Part shown: piece by piece, positions 18,426 through 28,575 of the stretch
Layout of the letters: each line of letters starts with the position of its first letter
How positions within the stretch are numbered: position 1 is the stretch's first letter
From: an uncultured Candidatus Saccharibacteria bacterium
GTDB taxonomy: Bacteria > Patescibacteriota > Minisyncoccia > Phycocordibacterales > UBA9973
Direction of reading: 5' to 3'
Assembly: GCA_964527235.1 (NCBI GenBank)
Contig: CAZGNC010000002.1
Span: 146,381 to 210,380, forward strand
Length of the DNA stretch: 64,000 nucleotides
Translations under genes and position numbers: made by a program
The notes under the pieces: model-generated
Databases searched by the model: none
What the model was told of the DNA's origin: nothing
The model's input: the letters and a program-made list of their open reading frames with translations, nothing else

Positions 18426-21400
18426 ATGAAAAAAATTATTTTCAATAAAAAGTTTTTTAAATTTTCTACTTTCGTTTTGGCTTTGTTTTTAGTTTTTGGT
18501 AGTTATTCAAACAAAGCAGAAGCTTATGCTTGGCAGAATGGTTACTGGACTACAGGTAACGTCACAAGCTCTCAGATTGTTTGTGTCGGCCCTACCCCTG
18601 ATGCTGTGAATCTGGCGTGGAATAATGTTCCTGGAGCATTGAGCTACACCATTGCTAGGAATAATGGTTCTCCTTTTGCAATGTTCAATAATTCTGTGTT
18701 TTTCGGTACCTATACTGACTGGAATCCTGTACCCAATATACAAAACACGTATCAAATCCAAGCTTTTGCTGGGCTGAACGGGTCAGGTTCTGTTATTGAT
18801 TTCGTAGATCATACTTCTGATGTTGCAAACTGTCCAAGTATTACCGTTGGGACGTCTTCTGGGGGTCCATTCGGTGAGGGACCTCTTACTCTTTTAACTG
18901 GACAAAGTTTATATATTTTCCTAGATCAGACTCAAATTTTTACCGGTGCTCAAGGTAATATGTTTAACTGTACTTTCAGTATTCCATCGGGAACTCCATC
19001 AGGTGTTATCTCTAGTGGGTCTGTGGCTAGTGGTTTTACTCCTACTCCTATAGACAGTAGTCATCCTTTCTATCCTTCTACTTCTGGTTCAACTTATCTT
19101 TTGTCTTGCACTAGAAGTACTGGAACTGTGGTTTCTGATAGTGTGGTGGTTTCAGGGGCTTCTGCCTCAACCCCTCCATCACCGCCAGTCATAAGTTCTG
19201 CCACTCCTGGTCTATGTGGAACCAGATCTATAAGTGTTGCTTGGGGTACAACCACAGGAGCGACATTGTATGAGATAAATGATGGTAATCCATTTCCTCC
19301 GGCTAATATTGCAAACATAGTATATTCTGGAACCTCAACTTCTTTCGTGCACGGTCTTCTCACCGCAGGTTCTAGTCATAGTTATTATGCAAGAGTTACA
19401 ACTGCTAGCGGAACTTCATCGTGGTCTCCAGCACCCACAAACGCTACCGCACCCGCGAATTGTGGATACACCGTCACCCCAAGTGCTGGTCCTAACGGTT
19501 CAATAAGCCCAAATACTCCACAAACTGTAAGCTCCGGAGGTACTACAAATTTCACCGTCACACCAAATGCCTCATACACAGCATCAGTTGGAGGTACTTG
19601 CGGGGGTAGTCTAGTAGGTACTAATTATACTACTAACCCTATTAACGCAGACTGTACAGTAATAGCATCATTCGCGCTAGGAGCTGCTCCAGATCTTACT
19701 GCCTCTGCACCTACTCCTACTAGTGCTATATTGAACTCTGCCACCACATTTAACTCAGTAATAAGTAATGTTGGATCTGCGTCTTCTGGCGCTGCATTTA
19801 CAAATATATTTCAGTTTGATGATGATGCGAACCATGCAAGCGTGGCAGGAATTAGGTTGCCTACCGCAGGACCTGTAGCAGCTTCTGCAAATGTACCCGT
19901 GTCTACTAGTTACACTTTTGCAACTACTGGAACTTGGTACGTTCGTGTGTGTGCTGATAACAATGCTTCCTTTGTTGGGGGAATTGCTGAGTCAGATGAA
20001 GGAAATAACTGTAGTGGTTGGACAACTGTTACAGTGGGCTTGGGGTCAGGAGGCCCTTATACGGTTACAGCGAACGCCGGAGCTAACGGTACTATTTCAC
20101 CATCTAGCCAAAGTGTGGCTAGTGGTAACACTACGACATTCTCTGTTTCACCTAACTCTGGCTATACAGCTACAATGAGCACTACTTGTGCTGGTGGAGT
20201 TGGTTCTCCAGCTTCTGGTTCTTCAGCTTTTACTTATACTACTCTTGGAATTAATTCTAACTGTTCAGTTACTGCAACTTTCGCTGCTACTTCTGCAACG
20301 GGTTTCGTAACTGCTAACAGCTGTACTATTCCTCTAAATGCAAGCAGTTGTAATACTACCGTGATATGGGGTACTACTAATCCTATCGGAATTCCTCAAG
20401 TAACTAGTAATAAAAACAATAGCGGTGTTGCTTCTCCTGGATTTGTTATAGGAAATGGTAATTCTGGAGGACCAGTAACTGCTGCAATATATGGAGGTAC
20501 TCCTTTTGGTACGAGAAGTTTCTTCTTATATCATAACAGTGGATCTTTGCTTGATTCAGTAAATCCAACGGCGAACTGTATTGCTGGTAGTACATGGAAC
20601 ACCACTAGTTCAAGTTGTCTAGCTAACGCCCCAGACTTGACTGCAGCAGCTCCGACAACAAACTCTGCTACGCCGGGTACACCCGTTACTCTTTCTTCTC
20701 CTGGTGTCTCAAACATAGGTACAGCTACTACTGGTGTAGGGTTTAACAATTTATGGCAAGTGAATACTGCAGCTAACGGTGGAGGTACAACTTCCGTAGT
20801 TTCAGTAAATGCGATGGCTGCATTGCCACCTGCGAGTACCTATACAGCTACTTCTTCATATACATTTACTTCAGCAGGAACCTATTCTGTGCGTTTATGT
20901 GCAGATATGAATAGTAGTATGGTGGGTACAATTGCCGAATCAAATGAGGGCAATAACTGTAGTTCTTGGACAAATGTGGCAGTGGGCACACCTTCTTCTC
21001 CTGACCTCGTTGTGCCAGCAATTAATGATCCTTCTCTCACACCAGGGTTTAGTGTTACAGCTGGACAGTCAAGTATATTTTTCTCAGGTATGCAGAATAT
21101 TGGTACTGCAACCACAGGTGTAAGTGCTTTTAATAACCTATTCCAGTATGATGATGATGCAAATCACGCGACAGTATATGCTAATCAAATTCAATCTGGT
21201 GGCCCAGTAGCAGCTGGAGCTCCGACATATGGTCTCTCTGATTCTTTTGCAGTCCCCGTTTCTTTTTCTTCTTTGTATGTTCGTTTCTGTGCTGATAATA
21301 ACGCCTCATTTGTAGGAGTTGTGACTGAATCTGATGAGAATAACAATTGTAGTAATTGGGTTTTGTTCCCTGTTACGCCGAGTGGAGGTTCAGGTCCAGA

Positions 21401-22076
21401 CTTGACTGCAGGCTCTGCTTCTCCGACCACTGCCACTGGCAGTGTGGGGCAGACATATACAGCTTCTATTTCCAACATAGGCACTACCACTACTGGTGCC
21501 CCATTCTCATATTTCTGGCAAAGAGCCTCAGCCGCAGCTGGAGGAGGGACTATAATATCTTTGGCTTTTAGCAATATGTCTGCTTTGACTACAGGTTCTA
21601 GCGCTACGGCAACATCTCCATCTATATCTTTTGGGGTGGGCACAAGATCCGTTCGCGTGTGTGCTGACTTTACTGGTCCTGGTGTTGGGGCTGCTATTAC
21701 AGAAACCAACGAGGCCAATAACTGTGGACCTTGGACTGACATAACAGTAAATGCGGTACAGCCAGCACCTACTGTAACACTTACTGCGACCCCATTAAAT
21801 GTTGCCCCGCCAGCTACAACTACCAGTTCTCTTTCGTGGTCTACTACTAACCTTGCAGATCCTGATTACTGTACATCAAATTTCTTTGCAGGAAATAGAT
21901 TGATTTCTAATAGTGCTACGCCGGGTTCCCCTATAGTGGTAACTCCAGTTGCTCCATCGAGTACATATACTATTCAGTGTTTTAGATTAAGTGACAGTCA
22001 AGCATCGGCACCAAGCTCTCAGACTGTTAACGTAGGTTCAAGTGGCCCCAAGAAACCAATCTTCATAGAAAATTAA
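18426..22076 (+). CDS. Large secreted surface/adhesin-like protein with FN3-like, small beta-repeat and four CARDB-like domains
   Basis: Signal peptide ending AEA; Ser/Thr/Gly-rich; four PDL...VR(V/L/F)CAD...E(S/T)(D/N)ExNNC repeats; paired cysteines. Confidence 0.85.
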   Translation: MKKIIFNKKFFKFSTFVLALFLVFGSYSNKAEAYAWQNGYWTTGNVTSSQIVCVGPTPDAVNLAWNNVPGALSYTIARNNGSPFAMFNNSVFFGTYTDWNPVPNIQNTYQIQAFAGLNGSGSVIDFVDHTSDVANCPSITVGTSSGGPFGEGPLTLLTGQSLYIFLDQTQIFTGAQGNMFNCTFSIPSGTPSGVISSGSVASGFTPTPIDSSHPFYPSTSGSTYLLSCTRSTGTVVSDSVVVSGASASTPPSPPVISSATPGLCGTRSISVAWGTTTGATLYEINDGNPFPPANIANIVYSGTSTSFVHGLLTAGSSHSYYARVTTASGTSSWSPAPTNATAPANCGYTVTPSAGPNGSISPNTPQTVSSGGTTNFTVTPNASYTASVGGTCGGSLVGTNYTTNPINADCTVIASFALGAAPDLTASAPTPTSAILNSATTFNSVISNVGSASSGAAFTNIFQFDDDANHASVAGIRLPTAGPVAASANVPVSTSYTFATTGTWYVRVCADNNASFVGGIAESDEGNNCSGWTTVTVGLGSGGPYTVTANAGANGTISPSSQSVASGNTTTFSVSPNSGYTATMSTTCAGGVGSPASGSSAFTYTTLGINSNCSVTATFAATSATGFVTANSCTIPLNASSCNTTVIWGTTNPIGIPQVTSNKNNSGVASPGFVIGNGNSGGPVTAAIYGGTPFGTRSFFLYHNSGSLLDSVNPTANCIAGSTWNTTSSSCLANAPDLTAAAPTTNSATPGTPVTLSSPGVSNIGTATTGVGFNNLWQVNTAANGGGTTSVVSVNAMAALPPASTYTATSSYTFTSAGTYSVRLCADMNSSMVGTIAESNEGNNCSSWTNVAVGTPSSPDLVVPAINDPSLTPGFSVTAGQSSIFFSGMQNIGTATTGVSAFNNLFQYDDDANHATVYANQIQSGGPVAAGAPTYGLSDSFAVPVSFSSLYVRFCADNNASFVGVVTESDENNNCSNWVLFPVTPSGGSGPDLTAGSASPTTATGSVGQTYTASISNIGTTTTGAPFSYFWQRASAAAGGGTIISLAFSNMSALTTGSSATATSPSISFGVGTRSVRVCADFTGPGVGAAITETNEANNCGPWTDITVNAVQPAPTVTLTATPLNVAPPATTTSSLSWSTTNLADPDYCTSNFFAGNRLISNSATPGSPIVVTPVAPSSTYTIQCFRLSDSQASAPSSQTVNVGSSGPKKPIFIEN

Positions 22077-22084
22077 TTCTTGAA

Positions 22085-22119
22085 ATCAAAAAATCCCCCG
22101 ATTGGGGGATTTTTTGATT
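22085..22119. terminator. Palindromic terminator, near-identical to 57311-57345
   Basis: ATCAAAAAATCCCCC-GATT-GGGGGATTTTTTGATT. Confidence 0.85.
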
Positions 22120-22153
22120 CTTGTTTTGTTTTATCGTGTTATAATAATAATCA

Positions 22154-23905
22154 ATGCAACTCGATGAGGAACAATTAAAAAAATTTATTCTAGAATCTAA
22201 ACTCATTTCTCGTTCTGCCTTAGATGAGATTGTAGAAAAAGCTGAAAAGAAGAAGCAATCTCTTTCTGATATGTTGCTCTCAGAAGGAAAAATTCCTGAA
22301 AGTGATTTGAAAAAGATGCAGGCCTATGTCCTAGGTATTCCTTTCATAACCTTGGCTGATAAAAAGATTGAGCCTGATGTGTTGTCCCTTATTCCTGAGC
22401 CTATCGCTCGCAACCACAACATCGTCGCATATGCTAAAAGCTCTACCTCTCTAGAGGTGGCTATGCTCGACGTGGATGATTTGCCAATAATTGATTTCAT
22501 AAAGAAGCACTCAGGGCTGCGCATTTTACCTCGGTTGACTGATACTCCGTCTGTGAAGTCTGCCCTAGTTCAATATCGTAAAAGTTTACAGTCCGAATTC
22601 GATAGTATTATTCAGAAAGAGACTTCGTCTATCAAAGTCTCTGCTGATGAGGCAAGTGGAGAAGAGAAGTCTGAGCAGGAGCTGAAAGAAATGGCAGAAG
22701 ACTTGCCAGTGGTAAAGATTGTGGATTCTCTAGTTTCGCACGCAATATTGCAAAATGCTTCTGACATACATATTGAGCCCGGTGACAAGACCCTGACCGT
22801 GCGTTATCGTATAGACGGTATACTTCATGACGCCATGGTGCTAGATAAGACTGCAGCATCTGGTATTACTGCACGTATTAAAGTGTTGTCGAATCTCAAG
22901 CTCGATGAGAAGAGATTGCCTCAGGACGGTAGATTTAAGATTGAACAAGACGGGGAGAAGTTTTCTTTCCGTGTTTCGACTCTGCCGATATTTTTCGGAG
23001 AGAAAACGGTTATAAGAATATTGCGCGAAGATTCTCACGGTTTTACTTTAGAGTCCCTGGGTTTTCATGGTGATGGTCTAGAGAGGATATACTCCTCTTT
23101 GAAGTTGCGTACTGGCATGGTGCTAGCCACAGGACCTACTGGTTCTGGAAAGACCACAACGCTCTATACTATGCTTGAAATTCTTAACAAGCCTGAAGTA
23201 AATATTTCTACTGTCGAAGACCCTATCGAGTACCAGATGCCTAGGATAAATCAAACTCAAGTGAAACCAGAGATCGGGCTAACTTTTGCTAATGGGCTTC
23301 GATCACTTTTGCGACAAGACCCAGATATATTGATGGTGGGAGAGATCCGCGACGGTGAGACGGCTAGCTTGGCCGTGAATGCGTCGCTCACTGGGCACTT
23401 GGTGCTCTCTACGATACATACCAACTCAGCAGCGGGAGCCATTCCTAGACTTATAGACATGGGAGTAGAGCCTTTTCTTATTACCTCTACGGTAAAGACT
23501 ATAATTGCCCAGAGATTGATGCGTAGGTTGGTAAGTAAGGAGAAATATTTTTTGTCCGCAGATGAGATAAAAAATTTAGGAAAAATTGTAGACCTAGATC
23601 GAATGTTGTCACTCCTTCAGAAAGAGAAAATTGTGGGCCCTAAAGATACCTGGGAGAAAATTCCTTTTTATAAAGCAGTTAAAAGTGACGAATCTCCTGA
23701 TGGCTACTCTAACCGTGTTGGTATGCATGAGGTTATGTCAGTTACTACAACTATACGAGAAATGATATTAAAAGGGGCTTCTCAGGACCAGCTTGAGGCT
23801 CAGGCAAAGAAAGAGGGGATGATGACAATGCTAGAAGATGGTATTTATCAGGCAGTGCTTGGGGTTACAACCCTAGAGGAAGTCTTTAGAGTTGTGTCTG
23901 AATAA
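22154..23905 (+). CDS. pilB: Type IV pilus assembly ATPase PilB/GspE
   Basis: ASDIHIEP, RLPQDGR, Walker A GPTGSGKTTT, LRQDPD, TGHLVLSTIH. Confidence 0.93.
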   Translation: MQLDEEQLKKFILESKLISRSALDEIVEKAEKKKQSLSDMLLSEGKIPESDLKKMQAYVLGIPFITLADKKIEPDVLSLIPEPIARNHNIVAYAKSSTSLEVAMLDVDDLPIIDFIKKHSGLRILPRLTDTPSVKSALVQYRKSLQSEFDSIIQKETSSIKVSADEASGEEKSEQELKEMAEDLPVVKIVDSLVSHAILQNASDIHIEPGDKTLTVRYRIDGILHDAMVLDKTAASGITARIKVLSNLKLDEKRLPQDGRFKIEQDGEKFSFRVSTLPIFFGEKTVIRILREDSHGFTLESLGFHGDGLERIYSSLKLRTGMVLATGPTGSGKTTTLYTMLEILNKPEVNISTVEDPIEYQMPRINQTQVKPEIGLTFANGLRSLLRQDPDILMVGEIRDGETASLAVNASLTGHLVLSTIHTNSAAGAIPRLIDMGVEPFLITSTVKTIIAQRLMRRLVSKEKYFLSADEIKNLGKIVDLDRMLSLLQKEKIVGPKDTWEKIPFYKAVKSDESPDGYSNRVGMHEVMSVTTTIREMILKGASQDQLEAQAKKEGMMTMLEDGIYQAVLGVTTLEEVFRVVSE

Positions 23906-23911
23906 TTTAAA

Positions 23912-25129
23912 ATGCTTTTTCACTATCGAGCAAAAACTAAAACTGGAGAAGTTATCGAGAATCTTGAAGAAGCCAAGGATCGATTTGCCTTGGCGCGTGA
24001 TTTGCGGGTGCGGGGCAACACGCCTCTTTCGATAGAAGAGAAAAAAGAAAAAGGAGATGTTTTTATGCGGATGTTTCAGGGTATTTTCGGTAGGGTTAAA
24101 ATTGCTGAGTTGATAATTCTGACAAAGAATCTAAGTGGAATGTTGAAAGCTGGGTTATCTTTGTATCGCGCACTATTGGTGCTTGAGAAACAAACAAAAA
24201 ACAAAAGCTTAAATAAGATATTGGTGGCGATTAGTAATGATATCAATGCGGGAGACACTCTGTCATTAGCATTCTCTAAATTTCCTAATACTTTTTCCAA
24301 ACTTTTCGTATCTATGACTCGTGCAGGGGAGGAGTCTGGTAATTTGGCTGGAGCTCTCACCGAAGTAGGAATGAATCTAGAAAAAGCACATTCGTTGACT
24401 AAGAAAGTTAAAGGCGCTTTGATGTACCCGAGTGTTATACTCTCTGCGATGGTTGTGCTTGGCATTTTGATGTTTGCTTTTGTGGTTCCTACTCTAGCGG
24501 GGACTTTCAAGGAGCTAGGTGTAGTGTTGCCACCATCAACACGGGCTTTGATTTTCTTTGGTAATTTCTTTTCTGATAATTTGCTACTCACCTTTGTCCT
24601 TCTTGGGGTGTTTGTTTTTGGTACTGTTAGCTTGCTCCGTGCGAAATTTATGGATAAGTATGTGGATTTTACAATACTGCATTTACCCATAGTAAGTAAT
24701 TTAGTAAAAGAAATAAACACAGCGCGTACTGCTCGAACCATGTCCTCGCTTTTACTCTCAGGTGTATCTATCGTTCGTGCTGTCGAAATAACTGAAGATG
24801 TGGTACAGAATGTTTATTATAAAAATGTTTTGCAAGAAACTAAAAAGGTGCTAGAAAAAGGAGCCCCTTTTTCTAGTGTGTTTGTCGATAATCCCAACCT
24901 TTATCCAGTTATGATGGCTGAAATGATTCAAGTCGGTGAGGAGACAGGAAAACTTTCTGATATGTTACTTCAAGTCGCTTTGTTTTACGAGGAAGAGGTG
25001 GAGAATAAGACTAAAAACCTCTCAACCATTATCGAGCCTTTCTTGATGATTATAATAGGAGCTGGAGTAGGATTCTTTGCTATTTCGATGATATCTCCTC
25101 TGTACTCTATTCTAGATAACATTAACTAA
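23912..25129 (+). CDS. pilC: Type IV pilus platform protein PilC/GspF
   Basis: Two T2SSF domains (GEESGNL, GEETGKL), ALMYP, IIEP. Confidence 0.92.
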   Translation: MLFHYRAKTKTGEVIENLEEAKDRFALARDLRVRGNTPLSIEEKKEKGDVFMRMFQGIFGRVKIAELIILTKNLSGMLKAGLSLYRALLVLEKQTKNKSLNKILVAISNDINAGDTLSLAFSKFPNTFSKLFVSMTRAGEESGNLAGALTEVGMNLEKAHSLTKKVKGALMYPSVILSAMVVLGILMFAFVVPTLAGTFKELGVVLPPSTRALIFFGNFFSDNLLLTFVLLGVFVFGTVSLLRAKFMDKYVDFTILHLPIVSNLVKEINTARTARTMSSLLLSGVSIVRAVEITEDVVQNVYYKNVLQETKKVLEKGAPFSSVFVDNPNLYPVMMAEMIQVGEETGKLSDMLLQVALFYEEEVENKTKNLSTIIEPFLMIIIGAGVGFFAISMISPLYSILDNIN

Positions 25130-26574
25130 TTTGGTACTTCTTGCCAGGATATTATCTGGTATTGGTCTGAAGTGAGTGGGAAGTTTGGTGGTGGAGCATA
25201 GAGCAAACTTGCATCATAGGTGATGTTTCTTGTTGCGTAACCCGTGCCATCTGTATAAGCGAATCCGTAACGAGCAAACGATGCGATCATCCCATATAAT
25301 GAAATAACTGAACGATTTTTATAAGCACAGCTTCCACCTCCGAAATAGTATCTTCCGATCTTGTCATTTTGGGCTATTAGCGCAGCGTCTATTTTTAAAT
25401 TGTTGTCACTAATAAGACCAACCATTATCGCGCCTTGGCCTATTAATCCCAGAGAGTCTGTACCATCATAGAATGTGTATGATATGTCGTTGTTGATGAT
25501 TATATTTTTATTCACTATAGGAGCTATCAAGTCTGCTGCTGTTATTGTAAGCCTAGCTCCATTTATTGTTCCGTCTATTACGATATGGTCTTCTATGAAT
25601 ATTGTTCCATTGGACGGGAAAGGGTAGTTGCCCTGAAGTGTTTGAGTTCCTATACTCCAGCTCGAAGTATTCGGAGATTGAGTTGAGCAACTTCCCATAC
25701 CTGCCCAAGAGTTGATTTTATATAAATCAAAAGTATCGTTGGTTTTTAAAACTATGTGATATCCAAGATAACTTCCTCCAGCGGCTCCGCGATAAAATCC
25801 ATTTGCGGATTGTGCATTGGCTTTTAGAACTGCCAGGTCGGCTGTGAAGCCAGCAAAGTTAATAGAAGGCTGACTTATCAATCGTCCAATTTCGAATACG
25901 TCTGTGCGAGAAGGTATGGCGGTAGGAGGAGAAGGGTCCATGGGGGATATGCATGTGTGTACTCCCCAGGAATTACCAGTACAAGCATCACTATCTGTGT
26001 CGTTGTATGTTGTTGAGGCGCTCGTTACAACATTGTGTGCTAGGCCGTCAAAGCGAATACCGCCGTTGACGTGTATTGGTCCGAAAATTTCTGTTCCAGC
26101 ACCAAAGCGCATAGAGTTGTTTCCTGCTACAGCGTATTTCGCTATTGAAGGTTTAGCTACAGAAGTTTCTATTATTCTAGTGTATGCTGAATCAGATGCT
26201 GAGGCACCGGTAGATCTAATCTTAACTAATGTTGAACCCAGAGCAGGGGCGGTGATTTCTAGGGCAAATTCTCCCGCGACATTACCATTCTTGTCATTTA
26301 CAGAATGAACATAAGGTCCAGCTCCTCCTGTGCCATCTTGGTAGTCTGCTGGGGCGTGTGCTAGATGCCAGCGATAATAGTCTATGCCTGCTTCAGCAAG
26401 TTGGAATGCCTGCTCTCTGTTGAAAGTTATTCTACCTGCTTTGATCGTTGTGGCAGTCCATCCAGCCAGTGCGCCAATAAGAACAACTATTATTGAAGAA
26501 AATACCAAGGTTTGCACCACTATCAGACCACTCTTATTTGAAATTCTATTATTGTTGGTGGGTTTGTGAATCAT
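25126..26574 (-). CDS. PilX/GspK-like minor pilin with large C-terminal domain
   Basis: Prepilin-like G|LIVVQ without Glu5, AFQLAEAGI motif, ends SWQEVPN. Confidence 0.8.
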   Translation of the reverse strand: MIHKPTNNNRISNKSGLIVVQTLVFSSIIVVLIGALAGWTATTIKAGRITFNREQAFQLAEAGIDYYRWHLAHAPADYQDGTGGAGPYVHSVNDKNGNVAGEFALEITAPALGSTLVKIRSTGASASDSAYTRIIETSVAKPSIAKYAVAGNNSMRFGAGTEIFGPIHVNGGIRFDGLAHNVVTSASTTYNDTDSDACTGNSWGVHTCISPMDPSPPTAIPSRTDVFEIGRLISQPSINFAGFTADLAVLKANAQSANGFYRGAAGGSYLGYHIVLKTNDTFDLYKINSWAGMGSCSTQSPNTSSWSIGTQTLQGNYPFPSNGTIFIEDHIVIDGTINGARLTITAADLIAPIVNKNIIINNDISYTFYDGTDSLGLIGQGAIMVGLISDNNLKIDAALIAQNDKIGRYYFGGGSCAYKNRSVISLYGMIASFARYGFAYTDGTGYATRNITYDASLLYAPPPNFPLTSDQYQIISWQEVPN

Positions 26575-27176
26575 AAATTGTCTTTTAGGTTTCTTATTGA
26601 AACTTGTGTAGAGAATGTGTTTACAGTAGGTGCGTGATTTGGATCATCGTCTATCGTAATATTTATTTTGACAAGGCGAATCGATGAAATGTTTACAGGT
26701 GATGGTAGGGGAGCTTCGGTGCCAGCATAATCTTTATCGAAATATTCAAAAGTAGATGCATTTGTTACATAATCTATCAATACTGATATTTTCTCATTGG
26801 CAAGATTGTAGCCTAGGGGGCTTCCTGTAGGCTTGGTAACCCCTTTACGTAGAGCCCCGTTGGATAAAAAGTATCGCACTCTTTCTTTTAGTGAGTCTCC
26901 GTCGATATCTGAGAAAAATATTAAATCAGTGGCAGTTGCTTGGGCTATAACATAGGCGCCTGTATCTGCAGTGGATGCAGTTCGTATCTCTGAAGACATT
27001 GTTTTAAGAGCTTTTCTGATACTATCAACATTATTTACACCAGAGGAGATAAAGGAGTTATAAATCCAGGTATTTCTAGATAGTAAAGTAAGTGCAATCA
27101 TTATCATGACGAAAACGCCGATACCCACCATCGTTTCAATCAAAGTAAATCCTTGTTTGTGTTTTAAATATCGCAT
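26571..27176 (-). CDS. PilW/GspJ-like minor pilin
   Basis: QG|FTLIE prepilin site; ends QVSIRN; start taken at MRYLK. Confidence 0.85.
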   Translation of the reverse strand: MRYLKHKQGFTLIETMVGIGVFVMIMIALTLLSRNTWIYNSFISSGVNNVDSIRKALKTMSSEIRTASTADTGAYVIAQATATDLIFFSDIDGDSLKERVRYFLSNGALRKGVTKPTGSPLGYNLANEKISVLIDYVTNASTFEYFDKDYAGTEAPLPSPVNISSIRLVKINITIDDDPNHAPTVNTFSTQVSIRNLKDNL

Positions 27177-27178
27177 GA

Positions 27179-28534
27179 TTATGGGTTCAAAATAATTCTT
27201 TGGTGTTGCCAAGATGAAGCGGGGAAATTTACGATGGTGGTTTGGTAGCCAGCTTTAGATACAGTCAGTGTGTATGTGCCACCTTCTAAGCTATTCCAGA
27301 AAACTTGGCCAGGGGTTGGGCAGGTGCCTAGCAGGCTGGTTGTCTTGGTCTCATCGAAAATCCCTTTTTGTAATTGAACAGTAGCACCATCTATTGCTAC
27401 ACCTGATGGATCTTCAACTGAAACAAGCAAGGCATTTGATGCGTGTGGAACAGCTATGATGTTGATATTTTTAACTTCGTTAGGGCTGACAGTGAATGTA
27501 GGTAGTACTGACATACCAGCTAAGTCATAAGTACCTGGAGATGTGAGCTCTGTGTCGTATGTATCCCACTCTACGTTTGGAATAGTTGTGTTGCCAGAAG
27601 CATCAGTAGTAAAGTTGTGGGCTATGTATTTTAGATAGTCTGGTAGTCCTATTAATTTTTCTCCAACGAGAGAGAATCCAATATTTGGTAGGGCTACGCA
27701 CGAAGCATCTACTGATGACACTACCAGGGAGCTGACTTGGTCTATAGATAGGCTTGTTTGGGTGACTTGTTGTACCACCACTGTTGCGTCTGGGTTTAAT
27801 GGATCTGGTCCAGCAGTGCCATTGAGAGGATAGGTCTGGTCTGTGGTATATCCAGTTTTGGTTGCAGTGATGCTGTATGCATTAACCCCAGGAGGAGCGT
27901 CTATTATTTTTATCCAGCCACCGTTGTCTGTCGTGTCATCTATTATGGTGTCTGGGTTGGTTTGAGTATTTACTATATGTACTGAGGCTCCTTGGACTGG
28001 TGTACCAAGAGCATCAAATACCTGAATGAAAAGTGCTCCATTAGTAGAAGCAGTCTCTAGCGCGTATGGTGCAACCAATGTGGTGAATTTTAGCGGAGCG
28101 AAGAACTTACAGTTAGAGCAGGTGATATCTAGATACGCTGCTCGATAGTCTGAGGGGGAAGTGTCAGAAGGTGTGCCACCTATTGTGCCGTCAAAGGGAT
28201 CGTCGACGTTTCTTATGGTGGTTTGCACATTGAAGGAGTAATTGTCTCTCGTTACTATTTTTTCACGCTGGAGTCTTCCGCTTGGCAAGCCGTTTATTAT
28301 ACCCACGTCCTCGTAGGCTAGGTTGCGGATAATTTCAAATTGTTCATTTGCCACAGAAGTAGCAGCTATCTTAGCACGAGATGCCATTACGGCACCCATG
28401 AGGCCTGAGAAAGCTTGATATGCAGACAGGGCGACTAATGCGAAAACTACGCTTCCAACTAAAGTTTCTACTAGGGTAAATCCACCATTTTGTGTAAGAA
28501 AGTTACTATTACTTTTTCTTTTACGGTAGATCAT
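27179..28534 (-). CDS. PilV-like minor pilin with carboxypeptidase-regulatory-like beta domains
   Basis: GG|FTLVE prepilin site; repeated V.D..G..(V/I).GA.V...Y.(I/L)T..K.GY modules; alternative start 28555. Confidence 0.8.
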   Translation of the reverse strand: MIYRKRKSNSNFLTQNGGFTLVETLVGSVVFALVALSAYQAFSGLMGAVMASRAKIAATSVANEQFEIIRNLAYEDVGIINGLPSGRLQREKIVTRDNYSFNVQTTIRNVDDPFDGTIGGTPSDTSPSDYRAAYLDITCSNCKFFAPLKFTTLVAPYALETASTNGALFIQVFDALGTPVQGASVHIVNTQTNPDTIIDDTTDNGGWIKIIDAPPGVNAYSITATKTGYTTDQTYPLNGTAGPDPLNPDATVVVQQVTQTSLSIDQVSSLVVSSVDASCVALPNIGFSLVGEKLIGLPDYLKYIAHNFTTDASGNTTIPNVEWDTYDTELTSPGTYDLAGMSVLPTFTVSPNEVKNINIIAVPHASNALLVSVEDPSGVAIDGATVQLQKGIFDETKTTSLLGTCPTPGQVFWNSLEGGTYTLTVSKAGYQTTIVNFPASSWQHQRIILNP

Positions 28535-28575
28535 CTCTTGGGAATATTCTAACATGTTGTGTTATAATCCGCTAT

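Noticed and set aside
19686-21750. Similar CARDB repeats as a possible diversity-generating retroelement TR/VR pair
   Set aside because: Differences are mostly synonymous and not adenine-specific; no reverse transcriptase in the window
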